Below, one piece after another: positions 13,701 through 28,596 of a stretch of DNA of 64,000 nucleotides. The notes under the pieces were generated by a model. The model searched no databases. It was not told the DNA's origin and saw only the letters and a list, made by a program, of their open reading frames with translations. Both the position numbers and the translations under genes were made by a program. The DNA lies in contig CM082579.2 in the NCBI GenBank assembly GCA_040954595.2, positions 9,227,625 through 9,291,624 of the forward strand, given 5' to 3'. Position 1 is the stretch's first letter, and each line of letters begins with the position of its first letter. The DNA is from Balanoglossus misakiensis. Lineage: Eukaryota > Animalia > Hemichordata.

Positions 13701-15812
13701 TCACATCTAAACCATCTACTCTTGTCCACTTCGACTGAGTAACCTACAGGTAATCTGAGATCGTCGCGTTTTGGGGGGAATTCTGGGACATGAGAACATT
13801 ACAGCCTGAAATCTATCAAAGTTTGAAATCCAATATGTCTGCCAAAGTCTTTTGAAACATTTTTGAGTGAAGGGAGGGGCCGAATTGTTTCGAGGGAAAG
13901 ACTAAGACTAGGACTGCACGCAAGAATGAACACGGTAAACTAAGACGCAATCCCAATATGGCTCCAGACGCTGTCTCCGGGGGCACGTCTGATTTCATAT
14001 TCCACTTACATGTTGCGCTTACTAAATATAGTCGTCGAAATGAATACTTGTAGACACTTCAGTTATCCATTGCACATTTATATTGATCGAAGTGGTCACA
14101 AAGAGCACGGCTTGAAATAAAACGGCCCCTTGCGTCATTTGGCTCAGTCGTGTGTTGTACTTCATGTGTTCGTAAAAATAGCACAAACAACTTTCAAGAG
14201 GCTTATCGATTCCAAACAGTCTAACAGTAAAGTCCAGTTATTTGCGGCAACATTGAATTTTGACTTGCTTAAAAATTAAGAAGTTAAGTAGGCAGTTTGT
14301 AAGTTTGGTTGTCTTCTATGCGCAATTAAACGGTTTACTGGAGCATGGTGAATATAGTATGTGATATACACATGTACTTGTATAACTACACATGTATTGA
14401 TGACGTACGTTATGGTTCAGACCCAGAAAGTGTGTTTAATTGTATGCAACATCAAACATAGTTCTCACATAGCATAAAGTAAGTCCCAATAAAAGATACC
14501 TTTAAAACGATTGTGGTCATATTTCTCGCTAATTTCTCGTCCCTGTTGTATCCCAGTAATGTGTATGCATGTTTACGGATCACTGTTTGGCCTAATGTTG
14601 ACAAATGCATTCGAGTCCGGACTTATATACAACTTACAAACAATAACAATCAGATTGCGCACACTCGGGATATGTTCAGCACATTTTCACTACGAATCTA
14701 AATCCTCTCTCAGGGAGCTTAATAACAAAGTTGCTGCACAGAATTAAAATACTGAAAAAAAAGTCAAAAGTTACAGACAGTGGGCATTGTAAATATTCTG
14801 GGGCATTACCTGTTACAAACGATGACCCCTAAGAAAGTCGGCCCAGTTTTCCCCACTCAGGAGCTGTCAGTATTAATCTTGTGTATTTGTATTTCTCGCT
14901 GCGCCGGCGTGGTGATTATTTATGCAAGACCTGCGTGTGCCGGTCTGCTGAACAACGTCTTGAGTACAGCCGGCCACGACGTCTTCATGCCAGTGGTAAA
15001 GCGAAAAATGGTGAAAACAGCTCGAGATTTCCCCCCTTCTGAATTGACATGCGGAACCGCTGTGACGTATGTGATCTGTTCAAATAAATAGATATAGCTC
15101 CTCATAGATCAGACTTTCTTGCGGCACACATACTATAGTATCACGTCATTTTCCTTTCATCTCAATAGGGTCTCTCCACCAATTATCGTCCATGGCTGCT
15201 TTTCAGCTCGACAAAGGCACCAAAATTCGTGTTTGAATTTGAATATTGAATCGATACCGCTGCGAGCAGTCAACCCTGCCGCGACTGCCACACCCTTCGT
15301 ACAGAGCGCTGCCGTCTATAGGATACAATGTACGCTATTGTGCTGTCCTATGTTTATGCACGTGGCTCTGACGGGCTCGCATAAAGGTGGAAACATCTTC
15401 TTTGTGCCCAGCCATCTCGAATGCAAAATCGTTTTGAAGTGAAAGCATTCTCACTGAGAAAAAACGTGATTTCATATATTCTGTCGACCTTGTCAATATC
15501 ACGTGATCCACGGCAACATAAGTAAAATATCCCGATGATGACGTGTTCTCTAGCATCTAACTTTCAATGCACGTGTATTATTTAGCATTCTGGGACACAA
15601 GGACTTGTTTTGTAAAGCGCTGCTAAACAGCATGGAGACTGAAGTCCGTCGGCAACGAATTTGTCATGCTCCATGCATTTGTTTTCATTGAAATAGGCGT
15701 TCCTTCCAAATACCAATGGTGAAAAAGTACAGGAATTCTCTATCAATCTGGCCACGCATGTTGAAATATGTTTGATTAGCTGATTGATTAAAGGATTAGC
15801 TGATTGGTTAAC

Positions 15813-15978
<166 letters not shown>

Positions 15979-18199
15979 ACCAAATTTGGCAAACAGATAC
16001 AAAATGGCAAGAACTGATCGGATTTTGGTGCATACTCATGATCTTCCCAAATATCAATTCTTTCCCGATAAAGTTTGTCAATAGAGAACACGAATGATTC
16101 GCTGCTTTACTGGCCAGAGCCATCAATGTAATGCCAACGGGAAGAACGTGCAAATCATATGGGAATTTTGGTTACTCGTATCACGCCTTTTCAACAGAAT
16201 ATGTCCCGTCACACAATATGATCGTGTATACCTTTTAAGACCTCACTCGCAGCGCGTGCTCACACTATTGCCGTGGTTTTATTTTCAAACTGAAGCTACG
16301 TCTTCTTGTTGTCATGCTCTAACACATTTTTTTCTAATTCTCAGCGCTGGGTACATGCAGTTGATTAGAAATTGGCAAACAACCGTACAGGTTGGCCCGT
16401 ATCAAAGAAATTTTCCCATTCCATTAACTCTCATTAGAATAAAATGGCGTCAGCATGAAATGACGTCGCAAAAGACACAACGATAAGGAAACCTTTAAAT
16501 TTACCCATAAATAACACAAGAATCCCCTCATCTGTCTGGAACTCTCTTTTTTCTGAATAGGCGGATATTAAAGCACTGGTGCGTGAACAGTTTACTTGGT
16601 CTTTTGAATCAGTTCTCATTTCACCTGTTAATACTGACATCATTATCAATTTAATCCACCGTCCGTACCTCCTTTGTCATGTCGGCATTTAATCGATAAT
16701 CAACAGCCAATACATGGGCATAAGAATTGCGCACAGTGTATTTAACCTGCACGGCATAAAAGTGCGCGAAAGTATTCGACAAGAGAGTTATGGGGGTCCG
16801 GCGTGTTTCCTATGAGTGACGCTTACTAGTTAGTTGCAGGCACATGATTGGTATGTGTATTCATGGGCATGCCACATTGATGAAGGCCCCAAAACATCAT
16901 GACTGACGTGCAGTGGATGTTCAGGCGTTGCCTTGGAGATTTCAGACGCGCGAGGGCAACGTTTAGTGGATTTTCTGAACTTCATTTTGCACCCCAAGTC
17001 GATCTCGCCCAAGAAGCCGTGATTTTATTTGTTAAAACATCGTCCTGTTTTACACTTACCTCTGTACGACAGATTTTCAGAAAAAAATGATAGTTCCCAA
17101 CCCTCTCAATTCTTTCTTCTGAATTTATTGGTCATGGTGAATTGCAGGAAGGTCGGTTTATTACAGTCATTTTCTTCCAACGACCAGCGGTATATACCCA
17201 AGGTTTCTATAAATGCTGTGATTACGTGGTCATAATGTGAAGAAGCAGAACTATAATATGTATACAATCACATTTAATTATAGTGATCGTGCACGTGTTC
17301 GACATTGCAGATAAACGCATCTTGGTACGTCAATAGCACGAGATAACCTTTAACATTGACACTAAAACCATCGGAATATACGTTTAAATGAAACTAACGT
17401 GATTTGTACAGTGCAAGAACGCCAGCTTGTTAAAAATAAAGTTACCATGACAGCGTGTGTAATCCGTTGCAGTAGAGGTCTACGGTCTGTAGTCGAAGCA
17501 ACATGTTGTTCGCGTATTAATTTCTCCTATCAACAAATCTGTCTTCTTTTGCAGATGACGTGCAACATACGCCTATGGCTCAAATGAATTCCTCAACCCT
17601 TTCACCACCTTTGGTTCGGTCCAAATATATTGCTTGAATTCTGTGTTTATGGTTGGACCTCCACAGAGGGAAAAGGGAGTGAAAGGGTAAACATTTTTCG
17701 TACTGCACTGGGCTCCAAGCGTAACGCCAAAGCTGTTTCTCGCAATCTTCAGTCGTGTCCCATATGTCTCGTATTACAGCAACAATTTAAATCATTTATT
17801 GGCGTGTGTTGAATCAAAATATTCATTCGCCAGTGGCCAGTATGTCAATACTCTGCCAGTAGATAATAATACACACTCTTAAGGGCAGCTGGACAGTGTT
17901 ATGAGAAACGAAATCGGTGGCTGTGAGCAGCTGTAGGAATTTTTTTACAAGAATATACGAAATATGACGAAGCCAATGGAAAAGCAAAGTCCCCGGGACA
18001 TGCTTAGGAGTCCGCCATGCCGCGGTTGACTGTAATCTGATATTGAGATTTATACTAGTATACATTATAGGCATTTTTGTGTATAGTGGGCGCTTAACAA
18101 AAACATCGTGCACTTTGGGTTAAAAACATGAAACTTGGTACAAGTATTCATTGACCCATCTCGTTGAAGTTCGCAAAAAAACCCACAGCAAACTGACGG

Positions 18200-18680
18200 G
18201 TTCGTTTTAAGCTACATTAGGCCTATATGTTGCAACACGTTTTCAAGATTATAATTTAAAAGGATGTCCTGTTATTCAAAAGAAGCCAATACGCGCCATT
18301 AACTGTCAGTCAAATTTTGAGCAGACAGCAAACTGACACACCACCTCCACCACCACAATATACGAAACTAGAAATTCCACATATTTAGAGGACACAAGTC
18401 GCAGCTTAATTTGAATACTTTATATATGACTATCGGCATTCAAGACCCCGGCCGCAATATTTTTCTATCGATTTTATTTATCCAACCTCTATACGCACAG
18501 TAACAAACCGCATGAAAGGGAAGACCTATCTTTTCAAAAAAAAATCTAAGCACACAGTCGGTCAAACTACGGTAAAATATACTGCCCCAGAGATTTGGAA
18601 TAGAATACTTAAAATCACTGTGGTATATATAGCGAAAACCGATTAAATATGAAATACAAGTTTTCTCAGTAGTTAGACTA
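18200..18680 (+). mobile_element. Decayed 3' fragment of a CR1/L2-group LINE ORF2
   Basis: Frameshifted blocks in the expected order: VIQKKPIRAIN, PQYTKLEIPHI, YFIYDYRH, HTVGQTTVKYTAPEIWNRI. These resemble the post-RT pattern LQKKAIRAI...PLFxxLxIL...FMY...GxxSIxYxGPxIWNxL. Confidence 0.7.
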
Positions 18681-18714
18681 GCATAATCTTTTCAGTGTTG
18701 TTTTTTCGCCTTCA

Positions 18715-18960
18715 GGTGGTGTGCATCACGAAAATCATTCTCAAACCTTTTTGTCATATTTTGCTCAATGCAACTTATGATTATTATCTTAATACAAATT
18801 TGGGTGAAGGCGGAAAGTTTTGAAATAGAGAGCGAAAATGTCTCAAAATTGAAAATCAAAATGGCCGCCAGTCTCTGAATATTAACTCTACGAAAACAAG
18901 ATGGCGGACAACCAGTTTTCTTTATCATTTCCAAGAAAGACTTCACACAAACTTTGAGTT
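18715..18960 (-). mobile_element. Family A element fragment, reverse orientation
   Basis: Reverse complement contains TGGCGGCCATTTTGA and GAGCAAAATATGACAAAAAGGTTTGAG, matching blocks near 59885-60030 and 40085-40250. Confidence 0.55.
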
Positions 18961-21900
18961 TGCCACGAAAATACTGTCAAACATTATTTCACATGTACTG
19001 GACCTACGGTACAACAATTGATGAAATAGAACTACTTGTGCATGTGGGCAGATGCTCACCGGAAGTTGCGCAAAGCTAGAAATCAAGAAGACAGTAGTAC
19101 ATTCAAATTGCAGCCAAATCGCGATCCATGGGGAGCGCTGATTGTAAGCTGTAATGCGTTCCTTCGCTGCGATTAAATTGGTTTTAATTCTTTTTTACGT
19201 AATTGTATACTGTAGACTCGGGTGGCCTTTAAATTTGCTGTTCCTCGCCCACCGCGCTTGAATCAACGTGATAATGACTGTACCTATTCAAATCGTTCAA
19301 AGGCACGTGAGAAAAGAGGGCATTTCCTTTACTTTCACTTTCAACACAATGGGGAAACAACCCGTCACTCGTTCTTTGCACGACCGCACACACAAAGGAA
19401 GACAACATTTACTGAATGTCATGAGTGAAATACCAGTAAAAGAAAAGTTGAGCAGGCTTGTGAACGACCCAGCGTGACTTTCTCCCCCTGCGACGAGGCG
19501 GTGAACACCGCCTTCACATTTGAACCGGTTTCGGCTCATTTTGTTCTGCCGTGTGTCGTGGGCTTAATTCACGGGTCTCACGCTAACTGAGAGGCTTGTT
19601 GGGATTTTCTCGTTAGACAGCTATGTCGTCCGCAGTTTTTTTCCAACGCGGCAACACAGAAAACCAACAGAGGTAACGAGTTATACCATCATGGTGTTTA
19701 TGTCTGCATCTCATTCCGTATGCAGCCGCAGTCGTGTTTTTTTAACAACCACGGTAGTTAATAAATTGATACTAGTACTCCCAAAGAACCTGTGTCAGTA
19801 CGTTAACTCTGTCAAGACCAATTAGAGCTTAAGATTCGACGGGAAAGCCAATTTTCTTTCCAGGAAGCAAGTCCTTTTAAGCCCCCTTAAACCACAATAA
19901 AATATATGACAAATTGAACAAACCCCCATTTAGCAGATTACATCAGGTTATTGGAGGTAACTCTCGATCTGACGCCATCAATCTCTTCGACTGCAACCAA
20001 TATTTGCCGCCTCAGCCTTAGCGCGGGATTTCTAATACAACATCTACATGTGCGTCGACTTATCGGGAAGAGAGCACGGATAATTTGGACGCGGATTTTT
20101 ATCAACACACAACTGGTTAACATGTGATGCGATTGACAGGTTGTCATCGTACAGTCGATAGGGTCGGAGGACCCAACTCGCAGCTCGCTATCATTTCGAT
20201 TTGGAGGCGTTCTCGCTGATTAATTAATAGGCACGAAGACCGTGTTCACCCGGAGTGAAGGCCGAACTCTCAATTATTTAAAGGAGCGTTTGTCGAGCTA
20301 GTCAATGGAGCATTACGATACGTGAAGGCGACGTGGTATTCAATCAGCTTCTATAGTTTGATGGATTTGATAAGCTTAAGTCTTACCTTGCGCAGCCGAG
20401 ATGGTTTACATAGCGTGCTTGTTCTGGCTCGCAGTCGAGAGGACTATATCCACAGCCACCCAGAATTCACTGTTGGTTCGACGGCGCAACGATGTTCGTG
20501 TACATTCCGACGACGAAGATAGCGGTGGAAACCTGCGGGCGAATTAGGATAATTTCAGTATTGATGAGTCGACATACATGTACGGTCTGGTATTTTGTTT
20601 TCACGCTGCAGTCGCTGCAGCGAGACAAGGCGAGTCGAGAGCCTGGCTTTAGTAAAGTGAGCATACGAAGGGTTGGCAACAAGTCTAGTACGAGAATGTC
20701 ATACCGAGCAAGGTAAAGCAAAGCAAAGCAAGACGACGACTTCGACAGATCGCAAGAACGAAGGCTTTTCCCACTCAACCGCGCACGCCGCCGGTGCCAT
20801 ACCATTGCCACCGCACACAGCCGAACGCCATGTCGTTAATGTTGCCATGGCGACAGATCACTGCCGATCGCGCGGCCAAATGTAAACTGGGAAATCTTAG
20901 CGAAGCTGCTCACTCAGCTGACGCCAAATTAGAGATCCCGCGTGTACATGCAATAATCACCGAGATGTCACATAAAGAGATTTACACAATTTCAAACGCT
21001 CACCCTTTCGTTCTTTCAAACAGTCAAGCGCGTAATTTGCGCTTTACATGCGGGTGATCAGCGGATGAAGAGGACGGGGCGACCTTTCTCGAATCGACTC
21101 TGTACGCTATCCTTTTGAAATGATTCGTTTGGATCGATCCTTGGCAGTGTTCGCTTTCCTAGGTGCAGTGCGTTCTTATAATGCCCAAGAAGATATTATA
21201 TAGACACGCTATAGTTTCGTTATGGAACGTGTCCCACATACAGGAACATTTGGAGCAATCGCGGCGATTAAAATAGAGCTGTCGCCAAGATGGAGTTCAC
21301 GAAACGTCGAACACGGGGGATATCTTCCGCTCACCTATAGGTCGCAAAAACCCATTTTTTAAAGGTGCGACGTTTGTGTGGAACACCCGCGATTCTGGCG
21401 TAAGCTTTGATGCCCCCCCCCCCAGAAGTTCACCGACCCGAAACAGTTCAAAGCTCTTATATTGATGAATGTTTCACTCTCCTCACTTTTGCTGATTACA
21501 AATGGTCTTGCATCCAGGCAATTAGTCAACGGCGCGGTAAATTAGCGCCGGTCACAGCGGGGCCAGTGGGAAAAAAACGGGGGCGTTCGTCAGTCGCGAG
21601 AAACGCAAAAACGGGCGCACGGGAAATCTTTTTTACAAATCAAAATAGCGCATTATGTAGACATCACCCGTTGACGCCACAGTTCAATGCACACGTCGAC
21701 AACAGTACTGAATCCAAAGTCACTCTGTTATTTAATCACATGCCTTTTTCAGTATGCAAGACCTAAGTTAAACCTCTCTTATAACTCCAAAGACGTACTG
21801 GTGTAATTCTGAATCGCTCAAATATAACAAGTTTAGATTAAAGCTGAAATACTGTCTCTGCGCATGCTTTTCCACATTTTGTGCACCACTGTGTATACCT

Positions 21901-24717
21901 CGCGAATGCAATTTGTGGATTCTCCACGCGTTGCCAACGCTCAGTCCGCACAATTCTGGTGACATGCAATGTCTCGCTTACTTATTCACGTTGCAAGGGC
22001 TGAATTCCAGTGTGATCGATTCGAATTTGTGCTCGCCCACTTATCTCGTCCGCGCCTGAAACCAAGGAAAACCGCCATTATTTCCATTAAACACATCCGT
22101 CCAATCACGAGGTGTAGCGGTGCGCGCACGTATATGCACGTTGTCAGAGGGAGGCGGCCCTTTTGCAGTTTGCAGTGCGCCTTTCAACTAGAAATGATGT
22201 AGGCACACGGCTTCTTGTATAGTGGTACCAGTAATTGACAACCATCATCGCCGCGCCACTGACACATAAACGGGACGTCATCATCTCGGCTAATTATTAC
22301 AGGTGAAAGGATTCGCGCCACAAAAAATGCAGCGTTTGTAGTATCTCGCTCTATTTGCCGCCCAAATCGCTGTTCTAAAAAGTCCCCATTTATACACCAT
22401 TTTGCCATGTTCGACACGTCGACACTTGTCTGTATGGGAGTGGCGTGCGTTGTTGATTTACAGAGGAGATTGCTGCGCTCTCAAGATGTCGCATTCAATG
22501 TAGGTTGCCATCGATATCAAAATGGAGATACATGTACACTCCCTGTCAGACGTTAACGTAAACAAACCAAGCGCAAAGCCCCCCAAAATCAAGCAAGAAA
22601 GCATTTAATATTACGGGCGAAGCGCAAGTATAATACCCATGGCGTTTCCTATGTTGAATATCAAGATGGCGGATTTCCCCGCAACGTCTGACAATTCGTG
22701 CGTAACAAGTGCGTATTAGCCTATAGCCTACAACGCGCTTCGGCGACAGATTTGAAGAAGTAAAAAAAAATGATGTCCCCCAAACGAAAATGAGAGTCCT
22801 CCAAATGACTCTTTTGTCCATGGGTGGATTTCAATGTCCGATGACTATATTGCCGTGCCAGCACAGGTCTTCGGCCCACAAGCCTAAACCTAAACATGGC
22901 TTTGTGAGAAAAAAACATGGAAGCTCTCTCAGACTGAACGAGACGGTAAATGGTTACAGTTCTAATAAACGATCACATTCCCTGCGAGCTTGATTACGGC
23001 GTGAGAGCTAGACATATTCCTCGATGGCTTTGCCCTTTGTGAACGAGTCCCTCTGAGTGGATAATGTGCCCATCAAGAAGTATTGAGACATGGCGGGAAA
23101 GTGTGCTTGTCAATACCGCCGACCGGATTGCATGAGAATCGCATCGAAATTGCCTAAATTAAACTTTGACAGGAAGGACGGGTGCTTTCCACACAGCACG
23201 TTTCTCTCCGTCAAGATGACAATCCATTATTGACGTACGATCGCGCCATGTATTATTTTCAAGTTTGACATCAGCGTACCTGTCTCAGGTGGTCATTTTA
23301 AATGCCACGGAAATCGTGTAGAATGACACTGCTATCTGATTCGCGACAACATCGCAGACATGTTGAGACAGACAGACAGTTACAGAATATCGACGAACAA
23401 AGTTAGCTGAGAAATTAATATTCTGGTCAGTTTTTCCCTTATATCTTGAATTCTTGCGACGGAACTGGGAATTGATGAAACTTTCACTCCCGAATGAGAC
23501 ACGGGGGAATGTCTTCATCTCGCGAAGTGGCGCTTTCGTGGAATGAAGCTTACATTACAAACGTTTTAAACCACATGTGCAAACAGATTGCACATACCCC
23601 TACTATAAGGGTCGATCCGCTAGCGCTGGCTGGTTAAATCTTGGACGAGAACAGTGGCGAGATACCCAACGATTCGCGCAAAGTCCCGAACTTTGCAATG
23701 CAGATTTTCCTAACATCTGCAATCAGACGTTTATCGACTTTTCACAACCAATGGCAATGGGATGTCCATAATTCTCTGCGGCTGACAAACGTGTATTCGA
23801 CACACGGGCAACCAGGAGTAACGTTCTCATACACACGGGTTTACATTATAATCATGCTGGCGTGAGCCCGCTAATCTGCTGTCAAATACAGGGAGTCAAC
23901 CTTACCATTTTACGTGAGTACGCAAAAAAATTGTCGATTTACTTCGTCAAAACGTGACATATTTAACGGCAGCGCCACGTACGGGCGGAAGCAATGGAAA
24001 CGGCCTAGTGTAACATCTACCCACTCAAAAGTCGAAGTTTTTCAAAAATCTTAAGGATCACGTCAGTTTTACAAAAAAAGAGGGTAATTGTGACCTGGAA
24101 TACCTGAGGATTAAACACTCGTTAGCAACTGGAAATTATTGCCAAAGGTAATTCCCTCCTGTCGTTCGGCGTGGCGCCTCGGGTTTGCATATTCATTACA
24201 AGCGGCTGCAAGTGACCAAACTATCCAATAGGATGCTTCTGCTCTTTCGTCCTGTTTGTCGTCACGGCGAGGCAAATCACGATCACGAAGCAAGGGTCGG
24301 GTATGGTAGAACTCTGGGACAACGAGAGCGTATGCGAGACAACAAAATAACATGCGCTGTCGCACTTGGTAGAGTTGAAGACCGACCCTTTCACGGAGCA
24401 GGACTTGGGGGGGGGGGGCATCACATCAAGGCTTTCACTTTTGTTCAGTTGCAGACTTGTCAAAAGTCCATGACGCGGATTTTCATATGCAAGAGCCGGA
24501 GTAACGGCTAATGCCTGTGGCTTAGACATACATCCGATCTAAGCTTAGAAAATACGTCAACAATGGTACGGTGAATAAACTGACTCCTTTTGCTGCCGAG
24601 GAAATACCGAGTGAAGTAATTGGACCGATACCTTAGCCAATCTGCAGACTTTCCGTAAGTGGTAAACACGAAAACAATGCGTCACCACATGGTCATTTAA
24701 ATGTAAGTAAAACCGCC

Positions 24718-24765
24718 CAATGGTAACAGTGGTTAAATTTGCATACCAGGTGACCGCATGCCTTA
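24718..24765 (+). mobile_element. 3' end fragment of MITE family B
   Basis: ATGGTAACAGTGGTTAAATTTGCA...GGTGACCGCATGCC-TTAA, near-identical to the reverse complement of 2990-3025. Confidence 0.6.
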
Positions 24766-27700
24766 AACCTCCAGGTGGTTCATTGTGACAAAATTTCAAT
24801 GACAATACCTCGAAAATACAGGCGTTATTTTAAATGAAACATCTATGCATTCTCGTTCTACTGCTGGAGACATAGCTTTAAGACGTGTACTTTGAAATGC
24901 GGAGGCTTGCACTTGTTTTCGCTTGTAATGCCTCCAGAACTATGCAAGATGTCAAGATCAAAGCGGAACAGCGAGGCAAAACTCATCGACCAAAATTTCC
25001 AATACAAAAACAGATCCAAAGTGCTTTCATCCTATTTCTCTGCCAAATGTCGATAAAAACGCAATACATGAAATTGGCGCTCAGGTTATTCTGTGTATCA
25101 AGTGACGTTCCACATATCCGCACGACGGTGTTCGAGATAAGAAATGTCGGCTTGACGTTCACAAACGATCGTCGTGCGGAAAAATCACTTCAGCTTCGAG
25201 GACAGCAACACTATTGGATACATCAAACGGACGCGCGCGGCTTCTTGTCGGCAGCTGCCTGGTGATGGCGATATATGCCAAAGTGATAAATTACACAGTC
25301 GTAGATGATGACGTCAAATATTGTATTGTAGTCGGGGATACTAGCGCCAGGCGCTTACGCTATGGCATTTGCGTCAGTTCTTTATTTTCTGGCTGGAGTT
25401 AATTAAGAGCCCGGTGCACATTTGAGCGGGTAGGCTATGCCGTCACGTTTTTTCCCTCAAAATTATTGTGCGAGTACAGAATAGTGGAGTTGGGATTCTT
25501 TTCCTTGTTAAAGGGAGAGAATGAACGTGCACGTGAATAAATCAAGTGTATTCCTTTTTGTGGTGTTAACGTTCCTCATTCGGTCTATTCGGAAGTAAGT
25601 AATAAGTAAGGAAGAAAGTCGGTCAGATGAAGAGGACGCACTCCAGAAGTAGACGCACTCAACGCAGCACAAACACTATTACGGCGACTAATCCCACTTT
25701 CGATTTCAGTGAGAGAACGATGGTGATCAACGACGGTCGTCAAGAGACATTGTTTTTTCGTCCACATCGCCTGATCGCCTGATCATTCAACGAATAACTA
25801 GAGGGGCGTCGACTGTGTGCTGTGCTGTGAAACGTCTTGTGCATTCCTCAGCCAGCACTTCATGCAACGACGGTGACGTTCGCGCCTGCGTGGACTTCGG
25901 CGATTTTCGACCAGTCGCCGAAGAGACCTTCCATGCACAGTCGTGAAAACAACGCACAGTTTCCCCGCGACTGTGAGACCATCTGTATATATATACAGAG
26001 GAAGACGATCAGCAGGACCCGCCACGTCCCGTTCTACCGACGTAGATTAATGGCGGCCTTGCGGGTATTACGAAAGGCTTATCCCGACGATTTGCCTTCT
26101 TCGACGATCGCACGTGAAAAGATTACTGCATTGCTTTCTTTCACTTCACTTTGCGGTTAATACTGGACAAAACGGTTCAGGGATATACCTTGAATTGTAT
26201 TAGCGTTGGAAATGTTCAGCGCACGTGATAGAAATACTGTTGAATATAACTTATAGGTCTGTGGGTGTACATGTACATACACGGCCCATTCAACAAAAAC
26301 ACGGGAATTAGATTAGAAGATGTCCCTGGGCGGTGCCCGGGCCACCCAATGCAGTTAAGCAAGGCTTTGAGCAATTCAATGGCCGCGCCGGATGGAGAGA
26401 ATCCATCCACAGGAAACATGCAAACGTCTAGTGAGCGAATATTCCTCTTCAGACAATTACGAAATGTATATTCGACGGGTGATTTGTGAACAACCCGTGA
26501 GCCGCAACATAAATTGAAACAGTATTAAAATGTTCATAAGGGGGGGGGGGGTGTTCGGAGAAGCTTGTAACGTACTTTATAAGCACAGTACTGGTGATAA
26601 ACCGCGGTATGTCGTAGTCAAACGGGTTTGCCTCAACCCCAAAAGTACGCAAGCCCAAGGGGCAACTTATAGCCGCATTAAATCCTATAAAATCTGCGGG
26701 CACCCATCAGAAACTGTTTCATTAAACGGATTTGCCAAATTTCAAAAGTTCAACCAGCAAAGACAAAAACGTGATAGTCCTTGTCCTGCGTCATCACACA
26801 CGTTGCAATGGGATACATTCAAAACAAGGAAATAACCGAGGGCACTGTACTTTCCCATAAGATTAGATGTTCAAGGACAGGGACGATCACCATCACCACA
26901 AAAGCCATATGTTGTTGTTATATTACTATATTCGAAGAAAACATGCCAGAAACCTTAGTAGAAATAATTGTTCCTTGAGAGGCACGTATCACGAAACGAT
27001 AATATCCGATCCCCTCACCCATTCATGAAAAGCCTTGGATCCTTCTGGAGATCGTGGTGCTAATTATAGATAGCCTTGTAAAGTTTACCAGAAGTTAAGG
27101 ATGTACGCGCAGAACATAAACCGGAAACAGTGCGCGCCCGGTCTTTTTTCCCATAGGATTACATTGAAAATTGCTAGAAAACAAACTTCTACTATTGTCA
27201 TTTTCACTAAATTTTACACATAGCTCAGTCCAGCAAATATAAATTCATTGGTCAAATAATGGTTTATGCTGTACCTTTAACGTTTATGTTGACCGATACG
27301 ATTGTAGTCAGGTTTAAAACCTGCAAAATCACCCTCCGGCTCTGGCGTTTTCTATGCTTTAGAATTGTTTTCTCGATCAATGTATGGAACAGGCTAATGC
27401 ACTTTTGAAGGGGGTCCATTGTAATGCCCATATATGGGGTGGGGTGGGGTCAAACGTTGCAGTAAAACCCAAATCAGTTGACTCAGAGTTTTAACAACGT
27501 GCAAATCTATAATAAGCTTTTTTCTGTAAACAAAAATATTCAGTCGCCCGGTGGTCTAAAAATAACACCAACAATGTATTTTCGATATAAATGTAAACAA
27601 CGACGATTCGGCATCATGAAGAGCGATATTACAATATCAAGGACCTAGTACTTAAAAGAATGAAAGGCAGCTGCAATATCCTCAAACCTGTTTCTACTAT

Positions 27701-27782
27701 ACGATATTGCAATTATAACTGAATTTGTCGGGCGGTACATTTGTTTTAAGACCTACATTCATATGCGGGACTGACAGTGTAA

Positions 27783-28596
27783 GGCTGCATTCACAAACAC
27801 CTCTGGAGGGGGGGGGGGGGGCGGGAGAATTCAATTTTTTTTACCGCTAATTTTCACATGCCCCCCTTCCGAACTGCCAATATTTTCAAATCCCCCCCTT
27901 CCGAACTGCCAAAATTTTGAAATCCCCCCCCCCATTTTCTTTCACAGAGCAAAACACATCACCTATCTATCTTGTAAAAAGAAAAACAGCGCTCCCATGA
28001 AAAGAATTTGAAACTGATGTTTCCCCTCATCAGTGGGTATTAAAACTGAACATTGTTTTTATTTTTTAAGTACATACATGTATATTTGTATTCTGTGTTG
28101 GGAGACATTGTAAACCGAGAATTGAAGGGGGTGGGTTTGGGAGGGGGTGTCCCCCTCCCACGTAAGAAAATTTTCTAAAATACAGAGCTCAAAGCTACAT
28201 TTTAATGAACCCGGCAAAAGCAAATTAACTCAACTACCGGTATGTTGGGGAGGAAAATTTAACCGTCGCCGCTCAAAGTTATCATGCTGTGGGGGCAAGT
28301 CCCCTGATCTGGGACACTAGATAAACCAGTTAATGATTGAAAGGTGTTGATGAATGGACGGGGTGGGTGTGGGAGGGGGTGTCCCCCTCCCACATTAGAA
28401 AATTTTGTAAAATTAAGGGCGCGAAACTGCATTTTTGTGGACTCAAAATAAATATTTAGTCGTTTAAGTTTTTAAGTCCCCCCCTTTCAGTCCCTAAATT
28501 ATTTCGAATCCCCCCCCTTACATACCCTCAATTTTTTCAAATCCCCCCCCTCAATTCTCCTGCCCCCCCCCTCCAGAGGTGTTTGTGAATGCAGCC
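27783..28596. mobile_element. 814-bp non-autonomous PIF/Harbinger-type (Tourist-like) MITE
   Basis: Long TIRs GGCTGCATTCACAAACACCTCTGGAG(G)n-C-GGAGAATT at both ends; 3-bp TAA duplication at 27780-27782 and 28597-28599 (TAA/TTA is characteristic of PIF/Harbinger); C-rich subterminal repeats; no ORF. Confidence 0.92.

Noticed and set aside
27095-27280. Possible TTAA-flanked MITE
   Set aside because: The right end looks Kolobok-like but the left end matches only in part and I found no clear second copy.
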